Part shown: one piece after another, positions 12,901 to 24,411 of the stretch | Position numbering within the stretch: the stretch's first letter is position 1 | Layout: every line of letters starts with the position of its first letter | Assembly: GCA_950097015.1 (NCBI GenBank) | Contig: CATNEN010000007.1 | Coordinates: 8,494,001-8,558,000, forward strand | Length of the DNA: 64,000 nt | Direction: 5' to 3' | Origin: Macrostomum hystrix | Lineage: Eukaryota > Animalia > Platyhelminthes | The notes under the pieces: model-generated | What the model was told of the DNA's origin: nothing | The model's input: only the letters and a program-made list of their open reading frames with translations | Database searches by the model: none | Position numbers and translations under genes: made by a program

Positions 12901-15900
12901 ATCCCAGTGACATCCCAGTGACATCCCAGTGACATCCCAGTGACATCCCAGTGACATCCCAGTGAGATCCCAGTGACATCCCAGTGACATCCCAGTGACA
13001 TCCCAGTGACATCCCAGTGTGTTCTAGTAGCATTGCAGCGCCCATCACAAATTGCTTTCAAACGCTGCCTTCCCTCCAGCACCTGATTGCATACGCGGCA
13101 GCCCACGCCCTGGTTGCGCTCAGCATCGACAGAGTCGACGCCATATCCAATCCGCTGCGAACCTCGACGTCCAAGAGAGGTGAGGAGCAAGGGCTCATTG
13201 TGGCCATGCTTTATATCGGGAAAGCTTCCTAGATCCTACAGTAAATCCTAGAGTGGAGCGTGCTCAGAAATTGTGAGAGTTTTCAAGAACGCCTCTCTTT
13301 AGCGTCAGTTAGATCAGCAGTCTGAAATGCAAAAATGCGACTCAGATTTTTCAATAATTTAATAAAAGTACAATGGCAGAGATAGAAATTCCACGAGTTG
13401 CGCCCCATGAATAGACAGAGGCACAGCCGCAGCGATTATTCGGCGCCCCATGAATAGACAGAGGCACAGCCGCAGCGATTATTCGGCGCCCCATGAATAG
13501 ACAGAGGCACAGCCGCAGCGATTATTCGGCGCCCCATGAATAGACAGAGGCACAGCCGCAGCGATTATTCGGCGCCCCATGAATAGACAGAGGCACAGCC
13601 GCAGCGATTATTCGGCGCCCCATGAATAGACAGAGGCACAGCCGCAGCGATTATTCGGCGCCCCATGAATAGACAGAGGCACAGCCGCAGCGATTATTCG
13701 GCGCCCCATGAATAGACAGAGGCACAGCCGCAGCGATTATTCGGCGCCCCATGAATAGACAGAGGCACAGCCGCAGCGATTATTCGGCGCATCCAGAGGC
13801 CGCGTACAACTGTTCAGTCCATGGACTGAGGCCGCAACATCCAAATTAAAGTGTCTTGCTCAAGGACAAAAATAATTCTCCTGGACTGAGTCAAACACCA
13901 GACCTTACAAGGCTACAGCCTACCCCGGAGCACTGAGCACAAAGAGTATAATGAGTGGCAGCTTGGTGAGGCCTAGTGTCTGGCATTCGAGCTAAATCAT
14001 TTTCAGTCGCGCGCCACAAATTTTCTGAAACAATGGTTTCCGATGCACTTTTAGACTTTTTAAAACAATAAACAATGAAAACAATATTGCGCTTTTTAAA
14101 TGCTGCACGGACTGAATGCACTGAGCACTGAGCACTGAGCATTTCATTGTCTGCTGTGTGAGCCCGGCTGCTTTGACTGCAGCTCCATCTATGGCGACAG
14201 TCGGGCTGCTGTCTGCAAGTCATGCCCGACTGCCAGCCTGTGCAAGGCAGAGCAGCTCTCAATAGAGGGAAGCAGGAAGCCGGTGGCCGTCCTTATTTTG
14301 GTTTTGAATTCGATTGCAGAGCATCAAATTTGTTGAAAGCATTCAAAATAATAATTATTATTGTAGGAGGGATATGTAGGCAAACGCGCATCATCTGGTG
14401 ACAGTAGCTCGTAGACCCACAGCCGTAGGCAATGGCACATCATTTGGTTGACAGTAGCTCGTAGACCCACAGCCGTAGGCAATGGCACATCATTTGGTTG
14501 ACAGTAGCTCGTAGACCCACAGCTGTAGGCAATGGCACATCATCTGGTGACAGTAGCTCGTAGACCCGCAGCCGTAGGCAATGGCACATCATCTGGTGAC
14601 AGTAGCTCGTAGACCCACAGCTGTAGGCAATGGCACATCATCTGGTGACAGTAGCTCGTAGACCCGCTGCCGTAGGCAATGGCACATCATCTGGTGACAG
14701 TAGCTCGTAGACCCACAGCTGTAGGCAATGGCACATCATCTGGTGACAGTAGCTCGTAGACCCACAGCTGTAGGCAATGGCACATCATCTGGTTGACAGT
14801 AGCTCGTAGACCCGCAGCCATAGGCAATGGCACATCATCTGGTGACAGTAGCTCGTAGACCCGCAGCCATAGGCAATGGCACATCATCTGGTGACAGTAG
14901 CTCGTAGACCCGCAGCCATAGGCAATGGCACATCATCTGGTGACAGTAGCTCGTAGACCCACAGCCATAGTCAATGGCACATCATCTGGTGACAGTAGCT
15001 CGTAGACCCACAGCTGTAGGCAATGGCACATCATCTGGTGACAGTAGCTCGTAGACCCGCAGCCGTAGGCAATGGCACATCATCTGGTGACAGTAGCTCG
15101 TAGATCCACAGCCGTAAACAATGGCACATCATTTGGTTGACAGTAGCTCGTAGACCCACAGCTGTAGGCAATGGCACATCATTTGGTTGACAGTAGCTCG
15201 TAGACCCACAGCCGTAGGCAATGGCACATCATTTGGTTGACAGTAGCTCGTAGATCCACAGCCGTAGGCAATGGCACATCATTTGGTTGACAGTAGCTCG
15301 TAGACCCACAGCTGTAGGCAATGGCACATCATTTGGTTGACAGTAGCTCGTAGACCCACAGCTGTAGGCAATGGCACATCATCTGGTGACAGTAGCTCGT
15401 AGACCCACAGCTGTAGGCAATGGCACATCATTTGGTTGACAGTAGCTCGTAGACCCACAGCTGTAGGCAATGGCACATCATCTGGTTGACAGTAGCTCGT
15501 AGACCCACAGCTGTAGGCAATGGCACATCATTTGGTTGACAGTAGCTCGTAGATCCACAGCCGTAGGCAATGGCACATCATCTGGTGAGTGTAGCTCGTA
15601 GCCCGCAGCCAGCGAGTTGCAATCCTGGCCGTTTCGCTGACTCTTGAGCACACACTCACAGAGGTGTCTTCATCTGCCCTCAAATTTTTCATCGTCAGGT
15701 AGAGTACAATTTCACTGTACTCTTGAGGTTGACCCTAATGGCATAAATTTTACGTCAGTCCCAAAGTAAGTCAAATAAATGTTGCCTACCCGCGGAGTCC
15801 AGCTCACGGATTTCAGTGTCAGCGGCAAACACGTTCGACTGCTCTGCCACTCACCCCCTGTTAAAATAATTTATACATTTGATTATTTCGAAAGTTTTAA

Positions 15901-18454
15901 AAGCGACATGAAAAACAAATCGAGGTCCTAATCTCACCGATGACGCAGTATTTTGCCGCAAAACATCAGGCACGCAGCCGCACTAATGTGTACATCTGTT
16001 CTGCCTTCTCAACGTTAGTCGCTGAATGTGCTCACCCACTGTGGGTTGGGTATTGGTCCTCCTCGTGTGTGTGTACGAGCCTCGTACATGAGCCTGACCA
16101 TTCAAACCTTCTCTACACTGCTGCAGGTACCACGATTGACTAATCGCGCGGATACGAACTCAGGACCCTTAGTGCCAGTTAATCGCCTACCTCCTTCTCT
16201 TACCCTTCTACCCCTTTGTCTCCTCCCCTTCTACCCTTTTCCTTTCCTATCCTCTTCAATTCAGGCTTCCAGACGGGCTGCATCATAGCCGGCAGCTGGG
16301 TGCTGAGCGGCCTGTACAGCTGGCCCATCCTGCTGTGGACGCACGTGAGAGAGCACCCCAGGTTCGGCCGGCAGTGCATGATCATCTACGGACTGGGCCG
16401 CAATGTCACGCGGCGCGAGACCCAGGCGTTCTGGCAGGTGAGGCCTGAAGTAGGACAAGCGACAGCAGAAAATACCACAGGAACAGCGGGAAATGTATTT
16501 AGCATTGTGGCTGTGCTCACAGCTCAGCTGAACGTCGCTTAACCACCCTCAGGTGTACGTCACGGCCAACATGGCGACCATTTTCGTCGTACCCGTCATC
16601 ATTGTTGCCATCTGCCACATCATCTTGATTGTGATCATCTGCCGCTCGAGCCGAGGCTCCCACCTGCCCTTGTCGAGCAGCCACCGCAGAGGCAAGCAGG
16701 AGCAGCAGCAGCAGCAGCCAAAGCATAAGCACAAGCCGCAGCAGCACACTGCATCGAGCACAGTGACTCGAGCCAAGATCAAAACCGTTAAAGTTACCTG
16801 CACCATTGTTTCAGGTGAGCTTTTCTCATTCTCCAGATGGGATGCGGAAATGGGACAAGCACAGAAAGCAAAGACGGATACGCCAGTAGGATTGACTCGT
16901 TGGTTATCGTGAAGGATGAATAGTGAAATAAATATTTCACTATTGAGGGGCCTTCTGACAATGACAGTAAGCAAACAGCCGTGCGCGCGGATGAGCTGGC
17001 CTGGGAGCAAGGCAAACATGTGATCCAGGCCAGGCCTCTTAATCATTCCAATCACCTGGCCAGAGCAGTGCGACAAAAATCTGCTTTTAGTCACTGGAGC
17101 TCAAATGAAGGGGATTCGTTTTAGGATTAGAAACGCTTACCAGATTGGGAGGACTCCGCGACGAGATGCGGCAGCATGGACTGACCTGGGAAACACTGGC
17201 GCTTGGCAAATAGCAAAGCAGTGGAAGACGGATTGTAAAGAATCGAGAAGGATTGCGTAGGACCGATATGAACATTGTTGAGTGGATTTGGGTTGGACAG
17301 TGCTGATTGGACACCGCTGATTGGGCAAGGATTGGGGAGCGCTGATTGGACAAGGTTCGGACAGCGCTGATTGGACAAGGGTTGAACATTGATTAATGTA
17401 CAACGGTTGGTGGGACCAAGATGAACATTGTTGAGTGGACTTGGATTAGACAGGGTGGAGTGTCTGTCTGCATACTTATCCATATGCCTGTTCGCTCAAG
17501 AGTCAGCGAAGTGGACAGAATTACCTCCTCACTGGCTGCGGCTCTAGTGTCACCAAATGATGTGCCAGAGCCCACAACCCTCCTGGAAATAAAAATATTA
17601 CGAGTATTTAAGGGTTGGACAGCGCTGATTTGACAAGGGTTGGGCAGTGTTGAGTAGACAGTATTCAGTTGCTAGTGATTGGACAGGGCCGCATAGAAAT
17701 TAAAATCTGGTCAGGTAGGTCTGGTCAAGAACGCAGAAGATATTGGCAACAGCAATAATGAGCTGCTCATCGTGATACCTGCCCGCAGTGTTCATCCTGT
17801 GCTGGCTGCCCTACACAATCGGGAACTTCCTGGACGTCTACAAGACTGCGTCGTGGTCGAACGGCGCTCGGGCCTTCATCCAGGTGATGTTTGTTAAATT
17901 TCATGCCAATAATTGCAGCGTCAGTAACAGAGGTGCTAACCCACCTGGCACATTGCAGACCCTGGGAACACTGAACTCAGCAGCGAACCCAATCATATTT
18001 CTAGTATTCAACTACAAGTGAGTCAAATGCGGCCTCTGTAAGGACAAAGGTTTAACAGGATTTTTAACGCTATTTGAGTTTAGAGGGACAAAGGTGACCC
18101 CGCTGTGATTCCAGCCAGTGCTGCCGCCGTCAGCGGGGCCCCAACGGGGACCGAGGCGATCCGCAGTCGCGCAGCGGTCAGCGCTACCATCGGGTTATAC
18201 TTCGCCTGGAGCCGATGGCGAACGGCCGGGAGGCTCGAGGCCGCACCCGTGGAGGCGGTGGAGTAGCGGCCGGCGCCGGTGGCGGTCCCGGTGGAGGCGG
18301 CTGTGTCGGCGCGAGCACCATTGCCAACGGTCGGCGACGCCTGACGCCGCAGCCGCAGCGCGCCGGTGAACTATTGGACGACGCGGCCCGCTCCAGCTTT
18401 GGTAGCATCACCAGTCAAGTGCAGCTGGCTGGCACCTTTGACCAAGGACGATGA
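6999..18454 (+). CDS. Rhodopsin-class neuropeptide GPCR, CCAP/neuropeptide S receptor-like (vasopressin/oxytocin superfamily), about 451 aa, 9 exons
   Basis: Exons 6999-7079, 10041-10182, 12614-12717, 13080-13179, 16265-16437, 16553-16814, 17789-17883, 17959-18017, 18115-18454. All junctions are GT-AG and phase-consistent; total 1356 nt. Motifs GN (TM1), NLGVAD (TM2), LVALSIDRVDAI, RAKIKTVKVT, FILCWLPY, LNSAANPIIF, CC after helix 8, N-terminal NAS sequon. Exon 1 is the least certain. Confidence 0.88.
7101..7942. repeat. 38-bp minisatellite, about 22 copies, GPCR intron 1
   Basis: Unit ATTGTCYGTGCCATACCGAGTAGTGTTGCARCAAGCTC; begins about 20 bp after the exon 1 donor. Confidence 0.95.
10409..10740. 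repeat. 31-bp minisatellite, about 10.7 identical copies
   Basis: Unit GCTAGCAGGCCAAGCTGTCACAGGCACGGAT. Confidence 0.97.
11640..11720 (-). mobile_element. SINE family B fragment
   Basis: TGTACAGGTGTTCAGTCCGTGGACTGGGGAGGCCGCC resembles CGTACAGCTGTTCAGTCCACGGACTGGGGGGACGCC in the full copy at 43.06 kb. Confidence 0.55.
12831..13019. repeat. 11-bp minisatellite (GTGACATCCCA)n
   Basis: Direct tandem copies in GPCR intron 3, with 18-bp variant units at the left end. Confidence 0.95.
13400..13905 (-). mobile_element. SINE family B remnant with internal 43-bp tandem array (9 copies, 13400-13790)
   Basis: Unit GCGCCCCATGAATAGACAGAGGCACAGCCGCAGCGATTATTCG runs into GCGCATCCAGAGGCCGCGTACAACTGTTCAGTCCATGGACTG...AAGTGTCTTGCTCAAGGAC, collinear with the 43-kb SINE. 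Confidence 0.8.
14346..15858 (-). mobile_element. SINE family A copy expanded by an internal 49/50-bp tandem array (about 24 copies, 14390-15605)
   Basis: (AAT)n tail followed by TGTAGGAGGG at 14346-14370, then the array of GGCACATCATYTGG(T)TGACAGTAGCTCGTAGACCCRCAGCYGTAGGCAAT, then SINE body and tRNA head ending CTCTGCCACTCACCCCC. Confidence 0.85.
17265..17690. repeat. Degenerate ~24-bp repeats (GCGCTGATTGGACAAGGGTTGG-like) in GPCR intron 6
   Basis: Several diverged units, plus a duplicated ATGAACATTGTTGAGTGGA. Confidence 0.6.
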
Positions 18455-18724
18455 GGCGACTGCCGTGATAATGGCCCTCTCAACTCAGCGCTTTGCTAAT
18501 TTTTTGAAATTTTTATTTCAAACAATTTTTTATGGTTGTCCCGCTGTCTGTGTGATGAAAATATCCAGCACTGTAAGAGCACAGTCTCATTCCCTGAGAA
18601 TTCCAAACTTATTTAAATTGGACCAGAACAGTTAATATCGATGGAACTCTGAAGGCTCACAAAAAATGGACAATAGGCCAAGGAACAATGAAGATTCGTC
18701 AGGTAACACCACGTCTGCCGTAAC

Positions 18725-19026
18725 AACGGCACATCATTTGGTGACAGTGGACCAACAGCCAGCGAGAGCCGATTCTGCCCGTTTCGCTGATTCCTAAACA
18801 CACACGCAAACTGGTGTGTACATCTGCCCAGACTTTCTCATCGTCAGGCAGTGTACACTCTCACTGAGCCTTGGAAGATGGCCCTCAAGAGCGTCAATTG
18901 CGCGACAAGCCCTCAAGCCTTCTCTCCACGGCTGCGCCCAAAATGAATCCGATACCGCCGCGGAATCGAGCTCAGGGACCTTGGTGCGATAGGCAAACGT
19001 GTTAGACCAACTCTGCTTTTCACCCC
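18725..19026 (-). mobile_element. SINE family A copy
   Basis: GGCACATCATTTGGTGACAG...TTTCGCTGA...CATCGTCAGGCAG...GGAATCGAGCTCAGGGACCTTGGTGC; collinear with the other copies. Confidence 0.85.
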
Positions 19027-20758
19027 GGAATCTTCTTCTTACTGAAAGACTGCTTTATCGAGCATATTAATTTCATTCCGAACCGTCTCTGTCAATTTAA
19101 TGAATTTTGCGTAGATTTCGCCTCTGATGGCTGTAAGCAAGCAAGCTGATTGCAATCTTACGTATCTCAGAGCAGCAATATCACTGCTGTTTTTTGTTAT
19201 TTCTCGTAAATAAAATTAGAATTGAACAGAACACATAACTCGCTGCAAGGCATGATTGTCCTGGTTAGAAAGCTGCGGTTTAGAAAGCAATCCCCTTTAG
19301 TACTCCAACAGCCCACTGGCCGCAGCTGAGCCTAGACTAAAAAGCTCCGCCATCTCACAGTTTGAGCACATCCGCAGCAGTTTTATGAGCTCGGGCTTGT
19401 GATAAGATTTACTTCCCCGAGGCTGCTTAACGGTCGTACATCAAAGCCGAGGCGCCTGGACCCCGCAGTTCTGCATTGCAAAACAGCCTCCCAGTGTCAG
19501 CCGCGTTTATCACTCTCTCCAGAGTCGCCCCAAAGTCGCAGGACGCGCAGACGATACATCACGCTTAGTGGGGCCTGTTGAAAACTTTGAGAGTACGGCG
19601 TGAGACTCTGGGGGCAAGCAGCGGGCCTCGAGTTCTATGACTTAGACTCAAGTCTGTGAATAATCAAAATCTGTGTAGATTTCACAGTATATGGGAATCA
19701 GGCAAGTCCTCCCTTCCCCTCGATAATGACTGTTCACACCACGGATTTTCGGTATTTTAATGACCAAAGTACATTTGGGCTGTGTTTAGCACATGCCATA
19801 CACGCGCATCACACACTCATTTGGGTCGCAGCGGATGCATTTGTGATGCAACGCAGCGACCTTCTAGAAGCTATAGTGGCCCTGGCTGCTGCTTAGGCTT
19901 GACGGTAGCAAGACTTGGACTATTCAAAACCAAACCAACTAGCTTGATTACTGGCTTCAGTTGCTGAGCCGAAAAACACCGGCTGCCTCACAGCTGAAGT
20001 TCGTTCGAGTAATGGGGAGCAGGAGGCAATCGCCAGTTCTAAAGAGTGCTTTGAAGTGCGTATCGAACTGATCAAGAATCTGCATTCATGACCAGGCCAT
20101 TTTGTGCACAATGTCAGGTAGCAGCAGGTGCAAACATTAATTAGTGCATCTAGCTGGCCATGCATTCTGCCTGATTGCTATAGCCGCTCTCAGACCCCGC
20201 CGGCGGTTTGACAATGAGATAAAGAGCAGCCGGGGGACCATTGCGCGAAGCCTTCAAGATAGGATTCACATTGCAGACTACTTGCCAGTAGGCATGCTGC
20301 GGTGAGCTGCGGTGGCTATTGATCAGCGGTAAAAGCTGGTGCTGACTTCTGTTAGGATGTTTAGCTGGGCTGAAAGACGAACCCTAAGCTTTTATTACGA
20401 GATGATTTCCAAATGTCGCGCCGCAAGCTGGTTTGCTTACCCAGTTGCCATCACTGAAGAACTGAATCCAAGGCACAGACAACAGACGTGTCCAAAGCCA
20501 AGCAAGCTTCCTTCCGCTCAGCCTCGCAGGCAAGCCCAGCGAGGAATAACAGAGACTCCATCGCAGATCCGGCTTGCATTGTCTGCAGCTTTTTACGGTT
20601 GCCTCGCTATTGCCCGACTACCAGGTGAAAAAACACACTGCTAACATTCAGAGTCTTCAACACAGACGCGCTTCAGTATGAGCGTGTGGGCTCTGACACT
20701 AGAAGTCTAAAGCCGGACAAAAAACGTTAGAGTAGGACAAAAGAGTTTTTAATCAATA

Positions 20759-22688
20759 CACCTTTTCCGTTCAATTTCAACAAAACTCGCATTCAATTTC
20801 GGCAAGCCGGCAATCCAATTCGTCAGTTTATATTTTGTCTGACGAATCAACATTCAAATTCAGCAAACGCATATTCAGATTCAACAAGCAACATTACAAT
20901 TTCGGTAACTGGCATACGATTTCATACCGTCGCAAAAGCTATTGTCCTGTCTATGGTAAAAGGGGGTTGTAGCGTGTAGAACTCTCATTCGATTTCGGCA
21001 TCTTGCATTCAATTTCAACCACAGATATCCCAATCACATCCAAGACCATACAAGAGAAAGCCCACAGAAGCCAACTTTCTGACACGTATGCTTTCTACAC
21101 GACCCTCTCAAAGAGACAATAGAGCAACGGCTATGATCGACGAGGAAATCTTCGAAGAAGAGGGCGATGAAGAAGAGGAAGAAGAAGAGGAAGCCCGAGG
21201 GCCATGCGGAAGAGTGTCCAACGGAGATAGAGCCCGCCTTCTTGATGCCCATGAGAGCGGGCAAGACTATGTCAGTCTTGCAAGACTCATGAATATCAAT
21301 AGATCGACTGCATATTCCATCGTACGATCAGGTCGTCGCGAACGGCGACCCAAGGGCGGAAGGACGCACGCAAAGTTTGACGAGCAGATGTTGCAACAGG
21401 ACGATAATCCTGTTCTTACCCTCGTCGAGATGAAAGACCGTTTGCGTGCCCGGTTCCCAGACAAGCCGAATGTCTCGGTGACAACACTAAGCCGACAACT
21501 GGATAGTCTCGCATACACCGTCAAGCTTGTTCGTGACGTACCGGCGGAAAGGAATTCCCCGGCAGTCTTGGCTGAGCGAGTTGCCTATTGCAACTGGTGG
21601 TGCTCTGTCGAAGTTGTGAATGCTCCCAAAGTGTTCATCGACGAGTTCGGCTTCGATCGCTGGATGCGACGTTAGCAAGGAAGAGCGCTTCGAGGTCAGA
21701 GAGCGTACCGAACAGTTGCTGGCCAGAAGGGCAATCGCATCACGATCTGCCTTGCCGTTTCACCACAGATTGGCGTGATTCACTATCAGTCATACGATCG
21801 CGGGATGACAAAGGAGAGGTTGGCTGAATTCCTGCAAATAGTGATAGGCAATGCTCAAATGGCTTGGCCGCACCAAAGGGCGTACATGATTTTTGACAAC
21901 GTCAGCAGCCACAACAACGATGAACTGCAAGAGGCCATTGGAGGCGCAGAATTTCGTCGATTGCCGCGATACAGCCCCTTCCTGACACCTGTCGAAAGCG
22001 CAATCTCCGGGTGGAAGGCTACCATCAAGAGGGAACTGAGTGGAAACCACGACGTTTTTATCAATCCATCTGCTGAGGCGCGTGCTGGACGTTCGTTTGC
22101 AGCTTATCGCAAGGACGAACTGCAGCGCTTCGCCGACATGACGTTGAACCAGAGCATCTCGCAAGACAAGTGTATGCAGTGGTACAACCACCGCTTCAGC
22201 TTTGTACCCATGTGTCTGGCCAGGATGGAGAACAATGGCGATTAACTGACAAGAAGCAAGCATCTGTCGGAGAACATGCGGTTTGACTGTCGCGTACATT
22301 TCAATTACATTTGGTCAAACAAAAGATTGTGTTCGTTTTCGTTGTGTGCGTGTTCGTTCCGCTCCGTTCTATTTGATGTGTTTTGTGTTTTACCTGATAT
22401 ATACATGTTGAAATTGAATGCAAAATGCCGAAATCGAATTAGAGTTCAACACGTTACAACCCCCTTTTACCATAGACAGGACAATAGTTTTTGCGACGGT
22501 ATGAAATTAAATGCCAGTTGCCGAAATTGGAATGTTGCTTGTTGAATTTGAATGTGCGTTTGCTGAATTTGAATGTTGATTCGTCAACATTCGTCAACTC
22601 GTCAACAAGCTAAATATAAACTGACAAATTAGATTGCCAGCTTGCCGAAATTGAATGCGAGTTTTGTTGAAATTGAACGGAAAATGTG
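20759..22688 (+). mobile_element. IS630/Tc1-superfamily DNA transposon with ~260-bp imperfect TIRs
   Basis: 20759-21019 is the reverse complement of about 22407-22688 (e.g. TTTTCCGTTCAATTTCAACAAAACTCGCATTCAATTTCGGCAAG and its complement). TA lies to the left of the left TIR. Confidence 0.92.
21088..22245 (+). pseudogene. DDE_3-type transposase with one in-frame TAG (21673-21675)
   Basis: ORFs 21088-21675 and 21775-22245 are in the same frame and bridged by QGRALRGQRA..GNRITICLAVSPQIG. HTH region NINRSTAYSIV; catalytic FIDEFGF, IFDNVSSH, LPRYSPFLTPVE. Confidence 0.9.
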
Positions 22689-23083
22689 TTGTCTTTTCGC
22701 TCAGTGGTCGAACTTTTGTACTCAATTGAAGAACCGATGCCCAAGTCCTTTCAGTGGTTAGAAACTTGTCTATGGTAATTCCATGTTTTTTAACATAGCA
22801 CAGCAATGTAAAACATTCACTGGAAGTTCGAGGTCTCCGGCCGAAGGGAACGAAGAAAGTTGACGAGCGATGTTAACGCTGGCGACTGCCTACTGCACGT
22901 TGGCTTCCTGATCAAGACTATAACCGCAGCACGCTGACAGGTCTTTCTCGATCTCGCTACAAGGCCCCCTAGTCCCCATTTTAAACCCTACGGAGCCAGC
23001 CATTAGCTGTGTTAAGACCAGCATCGATTCAACAACTGGGCGATCTGCTGACTGCGCAGTCAGCACAGCCGCCAGTCGACATA

Positions 23084-23515
23084 CGAGGGTCAGTCAAAAA
23101 GTAATGATAATATTATTGTCACGAGCTTCAAGCTTCACGAGCTTGACGAGCGTGGCATCTTCCACGGATTCTCGGCCTTCCTTAAAGGCTTGAATCCAGC
23201 GGTAAAGCGTCGGATCAGATGGCGCAGTATCACCATAGACCTTCTTGAAGGCCTCGATAATGTCGGCTGGCTTCCAGCCAAGTTTCACTAGAAACTTTGC
23301 ATTGATGCGAGCTTCGATTTTTGAATTTTCCATGGCTGAAGGGGGTATACTGTGTTTAGAGCTTCACCAAGCAGACATATATCATTCTAGAGTGACCAAA
23401 ATTCTATTAAATAAAGAGGAAAAGACTATTTTTCAAATGAAACCAGTTTCACTTCGATGCACCATATATTTTAGGAATTACAACAGTATTATCATTACTT
23501 TTTGACTGACCCTCG
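23084..23515 (-). mobile_element. Internally deleted mariner element (432 bp) retaining the transposase N-terminal HTH
   Basis: Perfect TIRs CGAGGGTCAGTCAAAAAGTAATGATAATA with TA on both sides. Minus ORF from 23333, MENSKIEARINAKFLVKLG..KVYGDTAPS..TLYRWIQAFKEGRESVED, is mariner HTH-like. Confidence 0.93.
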
Positions 23516-24411
23516 TACTTCAAGTATTACAATTCTAGAAAATTGTGATATTCATTTTGCTGATTCAATTTTAGTCCAACAGACTGTCGAGTCAAGAATT
23601 TAGACTGATCCGTGTTCAATCAAAAACACCATTCCTTCAACGATACCACTATAGTTGATCATGCTTATTGCCTTCTCGGAGTCAAATCAATTTCAAGCAT
23701 GTCTGTTTACTCTCTTCCCATCCCTAGAAAAATCTAGAAAGCATTCTCTATGGTGTTCCACTTGAAAGTGTTGCATGACAATCGACTCAAGAGCAATGGA
23801 AGAGCTCATGCTCAATATAACGGAGTTTTCTGAATCGGGTGAGACAGACCTGCTGGAGATTGCTAATTTGGAGAGGGCCTCCGTTTTAAAATCCACAGAG
23901 AAGCAGGTGGAAATCAATGCTGGAAGAAAAACGGGGTCAGCGTTTCATCGACATGAAAGCTCACACGAGCGTGACAGCTGAATTGATTCCAGGGGCTCAG
24001 CACTGGTAAATAGTAGTTTTTTCGCTTTCTGTAAACGACACGTTCTTTAAGAGATGCGTTGATCACATTTTACTATTTATACCCACCAAGAAAAGGTGAT
24101 AGAACAATATAACATTCATTCTATGCAACAAAGTTCTAATGCCAATTCATTTCGTCCGTTTCATCGCTGGGGCCATTGTAGTTTTTTGCATTTTCAACAC
24201 ATATTATACTTCAGTAGCACTGCCGATGACGAAATACGTTGAAATTAAAAGTTAGTTACGTCCACTACTTGAAGTAGGTTTCATGGTCATTACCGTTCAT
24301 GTTCTAACTGACCCAAACAGTTTACTTTTCAATTGAAGAGGCCTTTCCCTCTGCTGGCTACTGAGAAGCTGCTGTTTCGCTTCATCGAGCTTCCGTCTCA
24401 ATGCACCCACG

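Noticed and set aside
7101-15605. 31-50 bp arrays as CRISPR
   Set aside because: Units are head-to-tail with no unique spacers, there are no cas genes, and they lie in eukaryotic introns.
15764-15775. AAGTAAGTCAA in a SINE-A copy resembling the LINE tail
   Set aside because: Only 11 bp, at a different SINE position and with no LINE 3' UTR; likely coincidence.
21673-21681. Programmed readthrough of the transposase TAG
   Set aside because: Context TAG CAA GGA does not fit the CARYYA readthrough motif; a point mutation is simpler.
23775-23981. Short ORF faintly resembling a Crypton N-terminus
   Set aside because: No catalytic region or termini found; too weak to call.
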